IMG/VR virus record: IMGVR_UViG_3300032212_000104
Span: 1 to 34,282 of that record
Source: a virus
Lineage: Duplodnaviria > Caudoviricetes
Direction: 5' to 3' (one strand)
DNA: 34,282 nucleotides
The notes beneath the pieces are model-generated. The model saw nothing but the letters and a program-made list of their open reading frames with translations, was not told where the DNA came from and did not search any database. Positions 7,709 through 17,658 of this stretch are shown here, one piece after another. The stretch's first letter is position 1, and each line of letters opens with the position of its first letter. A program made the translations under genes and the position numbers.

Positions 7709-8214
7709 GCCCCCTCTCTAATCACTCTCGCGTAATTCTTACAGCGTCCCGTCGTCTGCTTATAAAGATCGCTATGCTCTGTTTTTGTGATCCCGTTTTT
7801 ATAAAGGATCTCATCAGAAGCCCTCTGAAAGTCTCCCTCCTCTAAAGCTTTAAGCATTGAGGGGAAACCGAGCAGGCCGTCGACGCCAAGCTGATACGAC
7901 ATTTCGATAACAGTTAGATATCTCATATTAGAAAGATTTTTGATAAAAGGCTTACGCTTGATAAGAGCTTTTATATTGCTCTCTACGCGTTTTCTAACGA
8001 TTATCATACTTTCGTCCTCAGTAATCCTTAAAACGTCCATATCGGGCGATAAACCACGTTTAACGCGGTCGTTTGCGATAAGCTCTAGCTCATCAGGCAA
8101 AAGAGGCATTTTTAAGCCGTGTCCGATCGTCTCAAAGCCTAAAGTATCTATATACACTACAGGGCGAAACCCCTCTCTTTTTGCGATCCCGCCGAACAAA
8201 TTATAACTAGACAT
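7705..8214 (-). CDS. Endolysin, T4-lysozyme-like (GH24)
   Basis: REGFRPVVYIDTLGFETIGHG with E-x8-D-x5-T catalytic triad; MSYQLGVDGLLGFPSML. Confidence 0.9.
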   Translation of the reverse strand: MSSYNLFGGIAKREGFRPVVYIDTLGFETIGHGLKMPLLPDELELIANDRVKRGLSPDMDVLRITEDESMIIVRKRVESNIKALIKRKPFIKNLSNMRYLTVIEMSYQLGVDGLLGFPSMLKALEEGDFQRASDEILYKNGITKTEHSDLYKQTTGRCKNYARVIREGA

Positions 8215-8665
8215 TATCGGCCTTTAAAAAACGAGTTAGATAAACCCTTACAGACTTAAAAAGCAACGGGAAAACGTCGAACTCTTCGACCTCTATTTTA
8301 GTAAACATAGTATAAAGATTTGCGACAATACTATAAGCCTCACTCATTAAGAAAGCGTTTAAAACGATAAGTAAAAGGACTGTAGCATCGAACGATAAGC
8401 CCTGTGCGGTTATAGCTAAAACGAAAACAGTACAAAGCACTAAAAGCTTATACTCTAAACCGATATTAAATCGCTTTGAAGTCGGCTTAATTCCAAGTCT
8501 AAAAGACTTCCCGACACCTGTTACGATATCAATAACGAACAACACACTTAAAACCGTCAAGAACGAGATACTTAAATTTAAGTGGATAGACAACCATGTA
8601 AAAATTGCCGAGCCTGTAAAGGCCAAGGGTTTAGATACTGTCGCGGTTACTGTTTCTTTAATCAT
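8207..8665 (-). CDS. Holin
   Basis: Several TM segments, DIVTG and EAYSIVANL motifs; adjacent to endolysin. Confidence 0.8.
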   Translation of the reverse strand: MIKETVTATVSKPLAFTGSAIFTWLSIHLNLSISFLTVLSVLFVIDIVTGVGKSFRLGIKPTSKRFNIGLEYKLLVLCTVFVLAITAQGLSFDATVLLLIVLNAFLMSEAYSIVANLYTMFTKIEVEEFDVFPLLFKSVRVYLTRFLKADNV

Positions 8666-9044
8666 CTTTTTTCCTTACTTTTGAGTTATTATCAGAGATT
8701 AAAACCTGATAGTCATAGATCACGCCCTTAAGTTTTTCGATACAGTTAATCACGTTTTCAACCTTAAAACGCTCACCGATATAAAGCTCGTCAAAGATCA
8801 TTTTAGACATAGGAACAGGCAGAAATACAAAAGTATTACCCGCCATATCTAAAGCGTCGATCGTGACGTTTGCGTCAGATCCTAAAACGACTGTTTGCCC
8901 AAACTTAACAGGCGTCATATCACCACAAACGGGCATATCAAAAAGGGGCATTTTCGCCCGCGTCTCAAAATAGATCTTTTCACTACAGGCCGTTAAAACA
9001 AGAAGTGAAAAAAGTAAAAAGCTAGTGAGTTTTATTGTTTTCAA
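8658..9044 (-). CDS. Lipoprotein, putative o-spanin
   Basis: Signal peptide with lipobox LTAC; in lysis cassette. Confidence 0.65.
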   Translation of the reverse strand: MKTIKLTSFLLFSLLVLTACSEKIYFETRAKMPLFDMPVCGDMTPVKFGQTVVLGSDANVTIDALDMAGNTFVFLPVPMSKMIFDELYIGERFKVENVINCIEKLKGVIYDYQVLISDNNSKVRKKDD

Positions 9045-9273
9045 AATTAAACCTTTTCATCGTGTCAAGTTGCTTGACTCTTTTAACGATCCGATCTGCT
9101 GTCGCCTGATCGTTCGCTCTGATCTGCTTGATAATCCCTGAGCTGTTATCCTCAGCATGAATCACAATAGGATCATCTTTAAGGCATTGAACAAAACAAG
9201 CCAAACATAAAGCCACTAAAAGAAAAACTACAGCGAAATAAACGCCATGTTTACCACTTAACAAAGCAAGCAT
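9022..9273 (-). CDS. Putative i-spanin (start moved to ATG at 9273)
   Basis: N-terminal TM then helical periplasmic part; overlaps the lipoprotein gene. Confidence 0.55.
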   Translation of the reverse strand: MLALLSGKHGVYFAVVFLLVALCLACFVQCLKDDPIVIHAEDNSSGIIKQIRANDQATADRIVKRVKQLDTMKRFNFENNKTH

Positions 9274-9274
9274 A

Positions 9275-9721
9275 TTAAACCCCCACCGCGTCGAGACAAT
9301 GACGGTCAGAGTCACCATCAAAATAAGAGAGAGACTTACAAAGCTTACGCTCTCTTTTCGTCGCTAAACCCTGTTCGCGTCTAACACCCATACGGTGGGA
9401 AAAAGTACGATCTGGATCACCATAGATAAAAGCGTTTCCTGTTTGATCTAAGGATAGAGAGATATCTCCTAAAACATCAGAGAGGTTATAAAGCCTAGCT
9501 TTCTCAGCTAAAACAGAAGCAACATAGAAGATGAAAGCCTTTAAAAAGAAAATAGCGAAGATAGAAGTTAACAGAGGCAAAAAGAATTTAAATCTAAATG
9601 GCTTGCTCTCATTTGTCAAACCAAAAGCAAGAGATACAAGCAGAACCAAAGACCAAAAGGCTAAAACAATAAATTTACGAACAGGCTCAAAAGCGAGAGC
9701 TAAAAAAACAAGAACTACCAT
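9275..9721 (-). CDS. Phage membrane protein
   Basis: Hydrophobic N-half; DQTGNAFIYGDPDRTFSHR motif common in uncharacterised phage proteins. Confidence 0.7.
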   Translation of the reverse strand: MVVLVFLALAFEPVRKFIVLAFWSLVLLVSLAFGLTNESKPFRFKFFLPLLTSIFAIFFLKAFIFYVASVLAEKARLYNLSDVLGDISLSLDQTGNAFIYGDPDRTFSHRMGVRREQGLATKRERKLCKSLSYFDGDSDRHCLDAVGV

Positions 9722-10266
9722 GTGATCGCCTTTACCGCATCAATAGACGCTAAAGCCTTAACTTCAGTTGAGCCATCGAATACAACCGCCTTAATCGCAT
9801 TAATACGCTCTTTATAGGTATAAAGATCAGTTTCATATCTGTTACTTACAGCAAGTACCACCAAAATAGCGTCAGCCATTGTGAACGTATATGTCACATT
9901 TGCAACGTCAAAAAACTTCACATCATCTGTCGGGATAATATTAAGAGCTTTTGACTTCTCAGTCGTTCTCTGCTTTCCGTCCAAAGCCTGAGCCGATGAT
10001 CTCCCCCCGTGAAATGAGACATCTCCCTGAGCTGTAGTAACGACTACAGGTAAAACCTCTGCCTCTAAAAAAGAGTTTTTGATCTCTGTCTCTTTATCCG
10101 TTACCGCCTTATTAAAAAGCTCCTGATTTGTTTTATATGCTTCAATTGTTCCACCATCTAACACCCATTGTTTTATCTCTGGAGCATCAGCTACTATACT
10201 GCCATTATCAAATATTACTATCGTATTTTCAGCATTAGCGTATTTTACTGTATTTAAAATCATCAT
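9715..10266 (-). CDS. Tail-fibre-associated protein (DUF4376-like)
   Basis: Follows fibre gene; WVLDGGTIEAY and C-terminal VKAITW signature. Confidence 0.65.
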   Translation of the reverse strand: MMILNTVKYANAENTIVIFDNGSIVADAPEIKQWVLDGGTIEAYKTNQELFNKAVTDKETEIKNSFLEAEVLPVVVTTAQGDVSFHGGRSSAQALDGKQRTTEKSKALNIIPTDDVKFFDVANVTYTFTMADAILVVLAVSNRYETDLYTYKERINAIKAVVFDGSTEVKALASIDAVKAITW

Positions 10267-11801
10267 AACTCACATCCTGTAAAAATAATTTTTCCACCGT
10301 TTAAAAGCATACTAGCGTTACCAGCTACTAACCCTGTAGCATCTATTGTATGAAAAACAACATGAGATTTTGAAGTCCATGTAAGTGAAAAAGTTCCACC
10401 TCCATTTCCTCCATTTGCCTGACCTACTGTTATACCTCCAGTTAATTGTATAAACCCCGTTGGTGCGACTCTAGCGGGTACGTTTAACCTAACTGGATAT
10501 GCTCCAGTAGTTGCACCAAATGCTTGTCCTGCCACAGCATAGCCACTTAGTTCGGCTATAGGTAAGTATCTCTGACATAATAAAAGCTCTAAACCTATAG
10601 GTCTTCGCTCAAATGCTGTTGCTATAGAACCTTTTTCAAGTTGCCATCCTGTAGTTCTATAAGAAGTGTCACCCACAACTGTAACTTTTACAATAGCCTC
10701 TAATCCTTTAGAAATATCAGAGGGCATAACATTTGTCGAAGTAACAGTTTTTAGCCCGTCTGATAAATCAGCTATATTAACTGTCTCTATTAACGTACTT
10801 AATGTATAATCATCTTCCGCAGTAGGATAATGAAACTCAACGTCAATAGCTGAAACTGTCCCGCTTACATATTTGTATTGAAACTGAAAGGTCACATAAT
10901 CACCAATCAAACTAATGGCATCTTTGCTCTCAATTCTTTGGCTACATTGGGCTACGCCATTACTACTTCTATTAACAAGAGCATTTCTATAAAAGTTTGC
11001 AAAACCTGTGGAATTTTCACTAACAAGTGTCACGCCTATAAAAAGCATTCTGTCGGCAACGTACCCACCCGATCCGCTTGCACCTCTTTGCCATATATCG
11101 AAACCACCATTAATAAAGTAGTTCTTTAAGCCTACGGACTTAGCGTCTATCTCAGATTTTTGATAAACCATATCGTTAAGTAAAGAGGCATCTGCATAAA
11201 CATTTACAAACTTATTCCCTGAGTATTTCAAAACGACTGTATCGCCTGTAGAAAAAGAGTTATAACTCAACAATAAAGTTTTTTCGCCTAGTCCGTCAAT
11301 ATTAACAGTTAAGTTATCAGCATAAGTGTAATTATTATCAAGCTTAAACATAACGGTAAGACCATCACTTAAAGCTGTAATAGATTTTTTCAAACTTGTT
11401 AAAGTAATAATACTTTTTGATGAGGGGACATCATTCACAAGCGTACACGAACATTTAGATATAAACTCATCTTTTAGGCTTAAAAACTCCAACCATCTAT
11501 CAGGGTTAGTTGCAGGGCTTACGCCTGCCACGATTTCCGTCTGCCTTTTTATGTAGATAATATCACCTAGTTTCGCAACTTGATCGACCTTATAGATTTT
11601 CGTAGCTTCATAATCAAAAAAGCCATACTCTTTTATAAAGTTAAGATTTTGAAAGATCATATTATAAAGAGCATTGATATCTAAACCATGAGGGGCGGGA
11701 CGCTGTTCGCTGTAGCCTATATCAATCAGCTCTTGATCTAAAGTTAGATCATTTTTTGCACCGCTGATCGCAAAGCCATCGATAAGAGTAGGGTTTTGCA
11801 T
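10263..11801 (-). CDS. Tail fibre / receptor-binding protein
   Basis: Baseplate-attachment-like N-terminus; KNYFINGGFDIWQRG...QLEKGSIATAFERRPIGLELLLCQRY module. Confidence 0.85.
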   Translation of the reverse strand: MQNPTLIDGFAISGAKNDLTLDQELIDIGYSEQRPAPHGLDINALYNMIFQNLNFIKEYGFFDYEATKIYKVDQVAKLGDIIYIKRQTEIVAGVSPATNPDRWLEFLSLKDEFISKCSCTLVNDVPSSKSIITLTSLKKSITALSDGLTVMFKLDNNYTYADNLTVNIDGLGEKTLLLSYNSFSTGDTVVLKYSGNKFVNVYADASLLNDMVYQKSEIDAKSVGLKNYFINGGFDIWQRGASGSGGYVADRMLFIGVTLVSENSTGFANFYRNALVNRSSNGVAQCSQRIESKDAISLIGDYVTFQFQYKYVSGTVSAIDVEFHYPTAEDDYTLSTLIETVNIADLSDGLKTVTSTNVMPSDISKGLEAIVKVTVVGDTSYRTTGWQLEKGSIATAFERRPIGLELLLCQRYLPIAELSGYAVAGQAFGATTGAYPVRLNVPARVAPTGFIQLTGGITVGQANGGNGGGTFSLTWTSKSHVVFHTIDATGLVAGNASMLLNGGKIIFTGCEL

Positions 11802-11810
11802 AAATTCACC

Positions 11811-12482
11811 TTATAGGATATAAGTGTATTCCTCCGAAGCATCAAAGTTATACGCTGTTCCTGTAAGCGTATCAAAGCTATAGCGAAAAACTTTCCCTAA
11901 GCTATAAGAAAATGAATTTTTAACCGTAGGTATTTTAGGGACAATACTCTCAAAAAGTGGCTTATCAATCGTAAGATTTCTCGTATCTTCTACGATAAAA
12001 GATAGATCCCCGTAGATATCCGTAAAAATAAAGGCACTCATTCCGAAAACCGCCTTTAAAAAAGAGTTGTATTCTGGCCTACTCCCTGAAAAATTAGAAA
12101 GCTCAGCGAAAGCTTTAAGCATTATCCTATAGTCCGCGTCAATCATAGAGATAAAAGCCTTTGACTCGATCTGGTAAAGCTTAGAGGCTACAGCGTCGAA
12201 GCTATAACTATCTCCTGTAATTGCATCAAAGCTATATTTAAAGTATTGATCGATCCCATCATCTACGACCGTATATTTAGGACGCTTTAAACCTAAAAGT
12301 AAACCCAACCAATCAAGCTGTAAGCCTTTAGCTTGATCCAAGTCCTTAAAGACCTTAAGATATAAAACCTCCTGTTTCGCCTGCTCCTTTATCCCTGCGT
12401 GGATCTCTAGCAAGGTCAAAAAGAGAGAGCCTTTGCTTAAGCTTTCAGGGGTTCTACTTTTTGCGAGGCTGATTAAGTCCAT
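11811..12482 (-). CDS. Baseplate protein (DUF2612-like)
   Basis: DLDQAKGLQLDWLGLLLGLKR and DADYRIMLKA motifs; follows baseplate J. Confidence 0.8.
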   Translation of the reverse strand: MDLISLAKSRTPESLSKGSLFLTLLEIHAGIKEQAKQEVLYLKVFKDLDQAKGLQLDWLGLLLGLKRPKYTVVDDGIDQYFKYSFDAITGDSYSFDAVASKLYQIESKAFISMIDADYRIMLKAFAELSNFSGSRPEYNSFLKAVFGMSAFIFTDIYGDLSFIVEDTRNLTIDKPLFESIVPKIPTVKNSFSYSLGKVFRYSFDTLTGTAYNFDASEEYTYIL

Positions 12483-12492
12483 ACTTCACCCC

Positions 12493-13641
12493 CTACACTA
12501 AAGCAGTTACGATCGTGAGATCTGCGTCATTTAAAACCGCGATCTTATCGTAAGCGATCGGCACGTTTAGCACGTCAGCATCTAAAGCGATATCAAGAGA
12601 AACAATACCTTTAAAAGAAGAAAGCTCGCTGTTATAGTCTAAAAGTATCGGGATCGATAACTTATCAAAAACAACCGCGTCCCCGATCTGAAAAGTATCA
12701 GAAAAATAGTTTAGGATCGACTCCCTAATAACCCCCACGTCGTCAAGGTTAAAAGTGGCGTCACGGCTGATCGTGATATCAAGCGTGACAAGTTGCTCGA
12801 TCGGGCGTGAGAAATAGATAATAAAGTCATTTCCAGAGATCGGATCGCTTGTCGTTTCTGAACTAGTCCCAAAGGTTCTTAAGTTTGCGGGTGACTCGTA
12901 GATCGCTCTAGCGATATCCTTAGACGTCCCACCCAAAACCACACACGAAAGGCTTTTAGGATCGATCCCGTTTGCGTCTGGCGTAAGCTCACTATTTGCC
13001 TTGACTTTGACATATTTAACATTATTGATATTACTTAAAAGGGTGTAGATCTTTCGTATAGAGTTCTGATCGCTTTCAGCATTTAAAAGGCGGGATCTTA
13101 AAGAGCTGTTAGACTCTAAAAGATAACCTGTCACGCCGTCGCTGTTGTTAATAACTGAGCTTACACCTGTAAGTGTCACGCTGTTAACATTTCCAGAGCT
13201 TGCCGAGATCTCGCCTACGTTCTGAGCTGTAGCGTAGACCTCAAAAACACCGCCCGCGATCGTGCCTGCTTCATCAGTTAAAAAGATCTCATTTGTCGCG
13301 GTATTTTTAACCTCTGTAGCTTTGGGTATAATCGTACCATTTACGCCTATAAAAGAGAGGTATACGACTGTATGCTCGTTCTTTTTTCTCTTAAGCCCTG
13401 CAAGAAAACAGAGACTTTCTAAGCCCTCATCGATCGCGGTATAAGGCGACTGTTGAGCGACAGCAAACTGTAAAGCCTCATCTGCTCGTTTTTTCATCTC
13501 CGAAGTGATCGCCAGATCAGCCCCTAAAGCAGAGGACGCCTCAACGTCAACGATCCCTAACTTTTGTTCGTAAAGAGCCTTTAGCTCTCTGATATTTTCG
13601 TCAAGTGTCGGGATCTTTAAAAGTCCATTTTCAAAAGTCAT
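12493..13641 (-). CDS. Baseplate J/gp47-like wedge protein
   Basis: PYTAIDEGLESL, ESNSSLRSR, VLGG..DIARAI, FSRP motifs. Confidence 0.88.
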   Translation of the reverse strand: MTFENGLLKIPTLDENIRELKALYEQKLGIVDVEASSALGADLAITSEMKKRADEALQFAVAQQSPYTAIDEGLESLCFLAGLKRKKNEHTVVYLSFIGVNGTIIPKATEVKNTATNEIFLTDEAGTIAGGVFEVYATAQNVGEISASSGNVNSVTLTGVSSVINNSDGVTGYLLESNSSLRSRLLNAESDQNSIRKIYTLLSNINNVKYVKVKANSELTPDANGIDPKSLSCVVLGGTSKDIARAIYESPANLRTFGTSSETTSDPISGNDFIIYFSRPIEQLVTLDITISRDATFNLDDVGVIRESILNYFSDTFQIGDAVVFDKLSIPILLDYNSELSSFKGIVSLDIALDADVLNVPIAYDKIAVLNDADLTIVTALV

Positions 13642-13651
13642 TATCTACCCT

Positions 13652-14011
13652 TTATAGTTTAAAATCTTTAATAACTGCGATCTCACTATCTTTAGAGATC
13701 ACCAAGAAGCTTACATAGATCGTTTTAGCCTTTAGATCAAAAGAGGCCTGAAACTCTGAAACTCTCTCGAAGCTGTCGAGCTGTTTTAATCCCTTGATAA
13801 AAAAGCCCTCTAAATAACGAGAGTTAAACGTCTCACTTAAGGCCTTTTTATAATCCATACCAGAGCCAAGATCATAGACAAACTCACCCCGCCACGTATT
13901 TAAAAGTAGTAAAACTCTCTGGTTAAAACTCGCCACCGCTTCAAAGGTCGGGTTATAGTCAAAATAGCCACTCTCTAGCTCTATAAGTTCAAAATCAAAA
14001 GGGTTAGGCAT
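13652..14011 (-). CDS. Baseplate wedge / sheath initiator (gp25-like)
   Basis: LNTWRGEFVYDLGSGMDY motif; synteny. Confidence 0.7.
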   Translation of the reverse strand: MPNPFDFELIELESGYFDYNPTFEAVASFNQRVLLLLNTWRGEFVYDLGSGMDYKKALSETFNSRYLEGFFIKGLKQLDSFERVSEFQASFDLKAKTIYVSFLVISKDSEIAVIKDFKL

Positions 14012-14597
14012 TAAATGATCCTATCTTAGTTATAAGTGGCTCTAAAACAGTAAGCGAAGTCACCAGATCAGCAGAGCATGAAAGCTGAGCAGAGGGGGGA
14101 CACGTCGCCGTCGATAGTGCCAGAACTACTTTTTTTAGTTCTAAAACTGTATCGTGAATATCGCGAATAAGATCCGCTGTATCATTTTTAATTGTCAACT
14201 TCTGACACTTAATCTCTGTTGCTACATGGTTATAAGTAAAGGCCTGATCTAAAGTGAGAACGCCTGTAAGAAAAAACGCGTTATTTAGAGAGAAGTTTGC
14301 GACGGGTTCTAAGTCCGTTCCTGTTTCAAGCCACTTTAAAAGATCATATTTAGAAAAGAGTAAAAGCCCTTTAGTGCCTAAGACCATCGTAGGCGTGGTT
14401 ATATAGTTTGTTGCTGATCCTAAAAGAGCGATACTTACATCGGCGATCGTCTCTCCTGTATGATCGAGTTTTACCGTAAGCGTGTTATCCGCATCGTTAA
14501 AGCTTTGGATCGTACAGGGTTGCGAGGTGTAAAGATCGTCGAAACGGTCGCTTAAAGCACCCTCTAAAAGCTTATAAAGCTCTAAGTGTTCATTCAT
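14004..14597 (-). CDS. Baseplate central spike (Gp138/gpV-like)
   Basis: TSQPCTIQSF, GTKGLLLFS, FSLNNAFFLTG; synteny. Confidence 0.75.
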   Translation of the reverse strand: MNEHLELYKLLEGALSDRFDDLYTSQPCTIQSFNDADNTLTVKLDHTGETIADVSIALLGSATNYITTPTMVLGTKGLLLFSKYDLLKWLETGTDLEPVANFSLNNAFFLTGVLTLDQAFTYNHVATEIKCQKLTIKNDTADLIRDIHDTVLELKKVVLALSTATCPPSAQLSCSADLVTSLTVLEPLITKIGSFNA

Positions 14598-15451
14598 ATT
14601 CTGATCCCTTTTAGAACCGTTTTAGCGACGGCTGTAGTGTGATTATCAAAAGAGTGTGAAAGCTCCACGATCTTAAAGATCTTTTGATCCAGATGATTTT
14701 CAAAAGTGTAGGGGTTCTTAAGCTGTAAGGCGATTGATTTAGAGTCGATCTTAAAGCCGACTCCTAAGCGGTAACGGTTATTAAGCGGAACGGTGACGCT
14801 GATATCTTTATCACTTAATCGAGGCGGTTCACTTATGAACTTTTTAAGCGTTAAGGGCGTGTTCGGGTTGGTCGTTTCCGCCTTATCTATAATCGAGACT
14901 TTACCGTTTTCTTTTATCACCTCTTTGTTACAAGCCTTAAACATATTCCCGATCGCTTTCATAATATCGCTCTCTTTTCGGTACTCTATAACTAAAGATT
15001 TCAGAAGCGATTTATCCTTAGATATACAGTTTGAAAAAGGGTTAAGATCGATTTTAACGTCTGAGATCTTTTCGATCATCGAACTTAAAAGCTCGCCTGT
15101 TGTCTGGCCTTTAGAAAAGAGTAGTTTCTCTTTTTTAACTGTAGGTAAAAGCTTGATATCACTACAATAGATCTCACATTTCCACGTCGGGGCTTTATAG
15201 CTATTTACTGCATTGTAAACCTTACCTGTAAAATAAGTTTGACCGTCTACTTTAAGCTCTATTTCGGGGCGTTTTTCAATAAAAGAAAAGGTTTTAGGGC
15301 TGAGCTGTCGGATCTCTAACTTACAGGAGTTAGGCAGGGCAACCCGCGAGGCTGTCACGACGGCTTTAATCGAAAGATCAGAGGGGATCGTTACAGTTTT
15401 GCCCTTAAAAGAGAATATCACCTCTATAAGACGCGTTGATCGGTTAGACAC
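14594..15451 (-). CDS. Baseplate hub protein (start moved to GTG at 15451)
   Basis: PNSCKLEIRQLS, YFTGKV motifs; GAGG RBS before the GTG; synteny. Confidence 0.7.
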   Translation of the reverse strand: MSNRSTRLIEVIFSFKGKTVTIPSDLSIKAVVTASRVALPNSCKLEIRQLSPKTFSFIEKRPEIELKVDGQTYFTGKVYNAVNSYKAPTWKCEIYCSDIKLLPTVKKEKLLFSKGQTTGELLSSMIEKISDVKIDLNPFSNCISKDKSLLKSLVIEYRKESDIMKAIGNMFKACNKEVIKENGKVSIIDKAETTNPNTPLTLKKFISEPPRLSDKDISVTVPLNNRYRLGVGFKIDSKSIALQLKNPYTFENHLDQKIFKIVELSHSFDNHTTAVAKTVLKGIRI

Positions 15452-15689
15452 TCTTAACCTCGATAGTAAAAAGTGTGACTGTCTCAAGCGTGGCAGAATC
15501 AGCCGACGAAGTAAAAGAGACAAAAGAGCTATTATAGTTATTTACAATCGGAGTATCGCCCTTAACTAAAGATCCATAATAATAGACATTAAAATAAAAA
15601 TAGTCATAACTATCGTTATATAAAACCTCTACTTCTGTCCCGCTATCTACACTTACATATCTTTGGAAAAGTTCATCTGTTAAGTTCAT
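15444..15689 (-). CDS. Small baseplate protein
   Basis: LYNDSYDYFYFNVY motif; position before hub gene. Confidence 0.6.
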   Translation of the reverse strand: MNLTDELFQRYVSVDSGTEVEVLYNDSYDYFYFNVYYYGSLVKGDTPIVNNYNSSFVSFTSSADSATLETVTLFTIEVKSV

Positions 15690-15690
15690 T

Positions 15691-16218
15691 TTATCCCCTT
15701 ACGCTTTGGTTTCCGACCTCGCTAGAGAGTGTCGGTTTTTTTATATTTGAGCTGATAAGCACCTGTGTTAATTTAGCTGTAAATTGCAGAGCCTTTAAAG
15801 AGGTAACTTCTACCTCTATACTCTCAATCGCCAGATCTTTAAAAGTGTCCTCGCCATTGATCGGTGAAGTAATAGAGATAAGCTGTTTATCTTCCCAGAG
15901 CTTATAGAGCTTTTGCCACCCCTTAACCGACTTTGAAGCAGTTAAGGCCTTAGAGGTAAAAACAGCTGTAACCGCCTCAGCGATCATCTCTAATTCTTCT
16001 TTATAGTTTTGAGCCAGATCAGAGATCAAACCCTTAACGGTGATCTGCATAGGCTGATTAACGATCGCATCAGCTAAAACCTCGCCTGTCTCTAAAGCAT
16101 CTTTAGAAACGAGGCTGTTTAGGGTGATCTTCTGCTCTGTATAGGCGTCAAGTTCTAAAGATCCAAACTCGTTTTTTTCAAAATCAAAATAGTTGATATC
16201 TAAGGAGTCAATTATCAT
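15691..16218 (-). CDS. Tail tube initiator / distal tail-like protein
   Basis: LETGEVLADAIVNQP motif; directly after tape measure. Confidence 0.7.
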   Translation of the reverse strand: MIIDSLDINYFDFEKNEFGSLELDAYTEQKITLNSLVSKDALETGEVLADAIVNQPMQITVKGLISDLAQNYKEELEMIAEAVTAVFTSKALTASKSVKGWQKLYKLWEDKQLISITSPINGEDTFKDLAIESIEVEVTSLKALQFTAKLTQVLISSNIKKPTLSSEVGNQSVRG

Positions 16219-17648
16219 TACTCATAACCTCGCTCGTTTAGATGGTTTACGACGTCGCCTACACCCTGACCGTCTGCGTTTACGTGGATCGTGTTGTGAT
16301 TAATAACCTGTTTTGGCGTGTCATTTGTCGCCCAAACACTCGTCCCATCTGCTTTATAAGCGTCAGGATCACGCGGGGCGTTAAGGTAGGCCGTAGGATC
16401 TGCGTATCGTTTCGGACTAATCTTATCCGCCAGAGCAGGGATCGCGTAGTTATCCATAAGATCAAAAGCCTCATAAGCAAGAGCAAACATTCCCGCCCCC
16501 TTAAGACCTTTTCCAAGCATAGAACCTTTACCGCCTTTACCCCCTGCCCCAGAGCCTAAAGCCTCAGCTACGCCCAGAGTACGCCCGATCTTACGCGTGG
16601 CTAACATAGCAAGCTTTAACGCTCCAAAGGCTGTCACAATGGCTAAAACTGCTTTTTCTACACCGTCTAGAGATTTGATAAAATCACCTAGTAGAGAGGG
16701 CTGGCCTTTAAAAAAGGACATAATATCATCGAAAAGGGCTAAAACTGCGACTAAGATCCCCACCGATAAAAGCAGAGGGGACGCCCAAAGAGCAAAAGCA
16801 CCCGCGACGGCTAAAACGATCGTTTTAAACCCGCCTAGATGATCTGATACCCTGCCTAAAAGTTCGCCGAAGTACTTAAGCCCGTCTGTTATGCCTGTAA
16901 GAAAAGATCCGATACCTGAGACGATAAGATCTTTATTTGCTTTGATCCACGCGTTAAAAGAGCTAAGAACGTCTTTGATAACAGGGGCAAGCTCGACCAT
17001 GACTTTAGAGAGCTGACCTTTTAGGATCGTAGTAGATTTAAGCAGTTCGTCGTTAAACTCAGCACTCTTTTTAAAGTCTGTCTGGTTAAGCAAAACTCCG
17101 TAAGATTTAAGCTCGTTTTTTTGATTTTTTAGGGCGTCGCTCCCGCCGTCGATAAGTGGCTTTAAGTTTGAGTTTCCTAAGAGTCTTTGAGCGAGTTCGG
17201 CTTTAACCGTCTCGTCCTTAACGCCTTTGAGTGAGTCTATGACTGAGTAAAACATAGACTCTGTATCTGTGAACTTTTGAGGGTTAACACCAAGCAGAGC
17301 AAAGGCCTCATAGTCTGCCGTTCCTCTGGCAAATTTAGCCTTTTGATCTTCTAAGTTTTTTAAGACGCCTGAGACGTCCGATCCTGCAAGCCCCGCAGAT
17401 TTAAAGCTATACTCTAAAGACTGTAAAGTATCGATCGCGATATCACGGTTACGGGCTGTTTTGCCGAGTTCATCGTTAACGGCTGAAAAAGATTTAACTA
17501 AAGCAAAGACGCCCGCCCCTGCTCCCACGCCTACGGCTGTCGTTTTAGCGATAAACTTACCCAGATCGCCAAGATCTGACTTGATCCCCTTAAGGCTTTG
17601 TTTGTCCCACTCCATACCTAAAGCATAAAATAACTCACCGACTTTCAT
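16218..17648 (-). CDS. Tape measure protein (short)
   Basis: VGELFYALG start; Ala/Gly/Leu-rich helical sequence with hydrophobic stretches; follows chaperones. Confidence 0.85.
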   Translation of the reverse strand: MKVGELFYALGMEWDKQSLKGIKSDLGDLGKFIAKTTAVGVGAGAGVFALVKSFSAVNDELGKTARNRDIAIDTLQSLEYSFKSAGLAGSDVSGVLKNLEDQKAKFARGTADYEAFALLGVNPQKFTDTESMFYSVIDSLKGVKDETVKAELAQRLLGNSNLKPLIDGGSDALKNQKNELKSYGVLLNQTDFKKSAEFNDELLKSTTILKGQLSKVMVELAPVIKDVLSSFNAWIKANKDLIVSGIGSFLTGITDGLKYFGELLGRVSDHLGGFKTIVLAVAGAFALWASPLLLSVGILVAVLALFDDIMSFFKGQPSLLGDFIKSLDGVEKAVLAIVTAFGALKLAMLATRKIGRTLGVAEALGSGAGGKGGKGSMLGKGLKGAGMFALAYEAFDLMDNYAIPALADKISPKRYADPTAYLNAPRDPDAYKADGTSVWATNDTPKQVINHNTIHVNADGQGVGDVVNHLNERGYE

Positions 17649-17658
17649 ACTAAACCCT

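Noticed and set aside
10263-11801. Diversity-generating retroelement or invertible fibre cassette
   Set aside because: No reverse transcriptase, invertase or duplicated template/variable repeat seen
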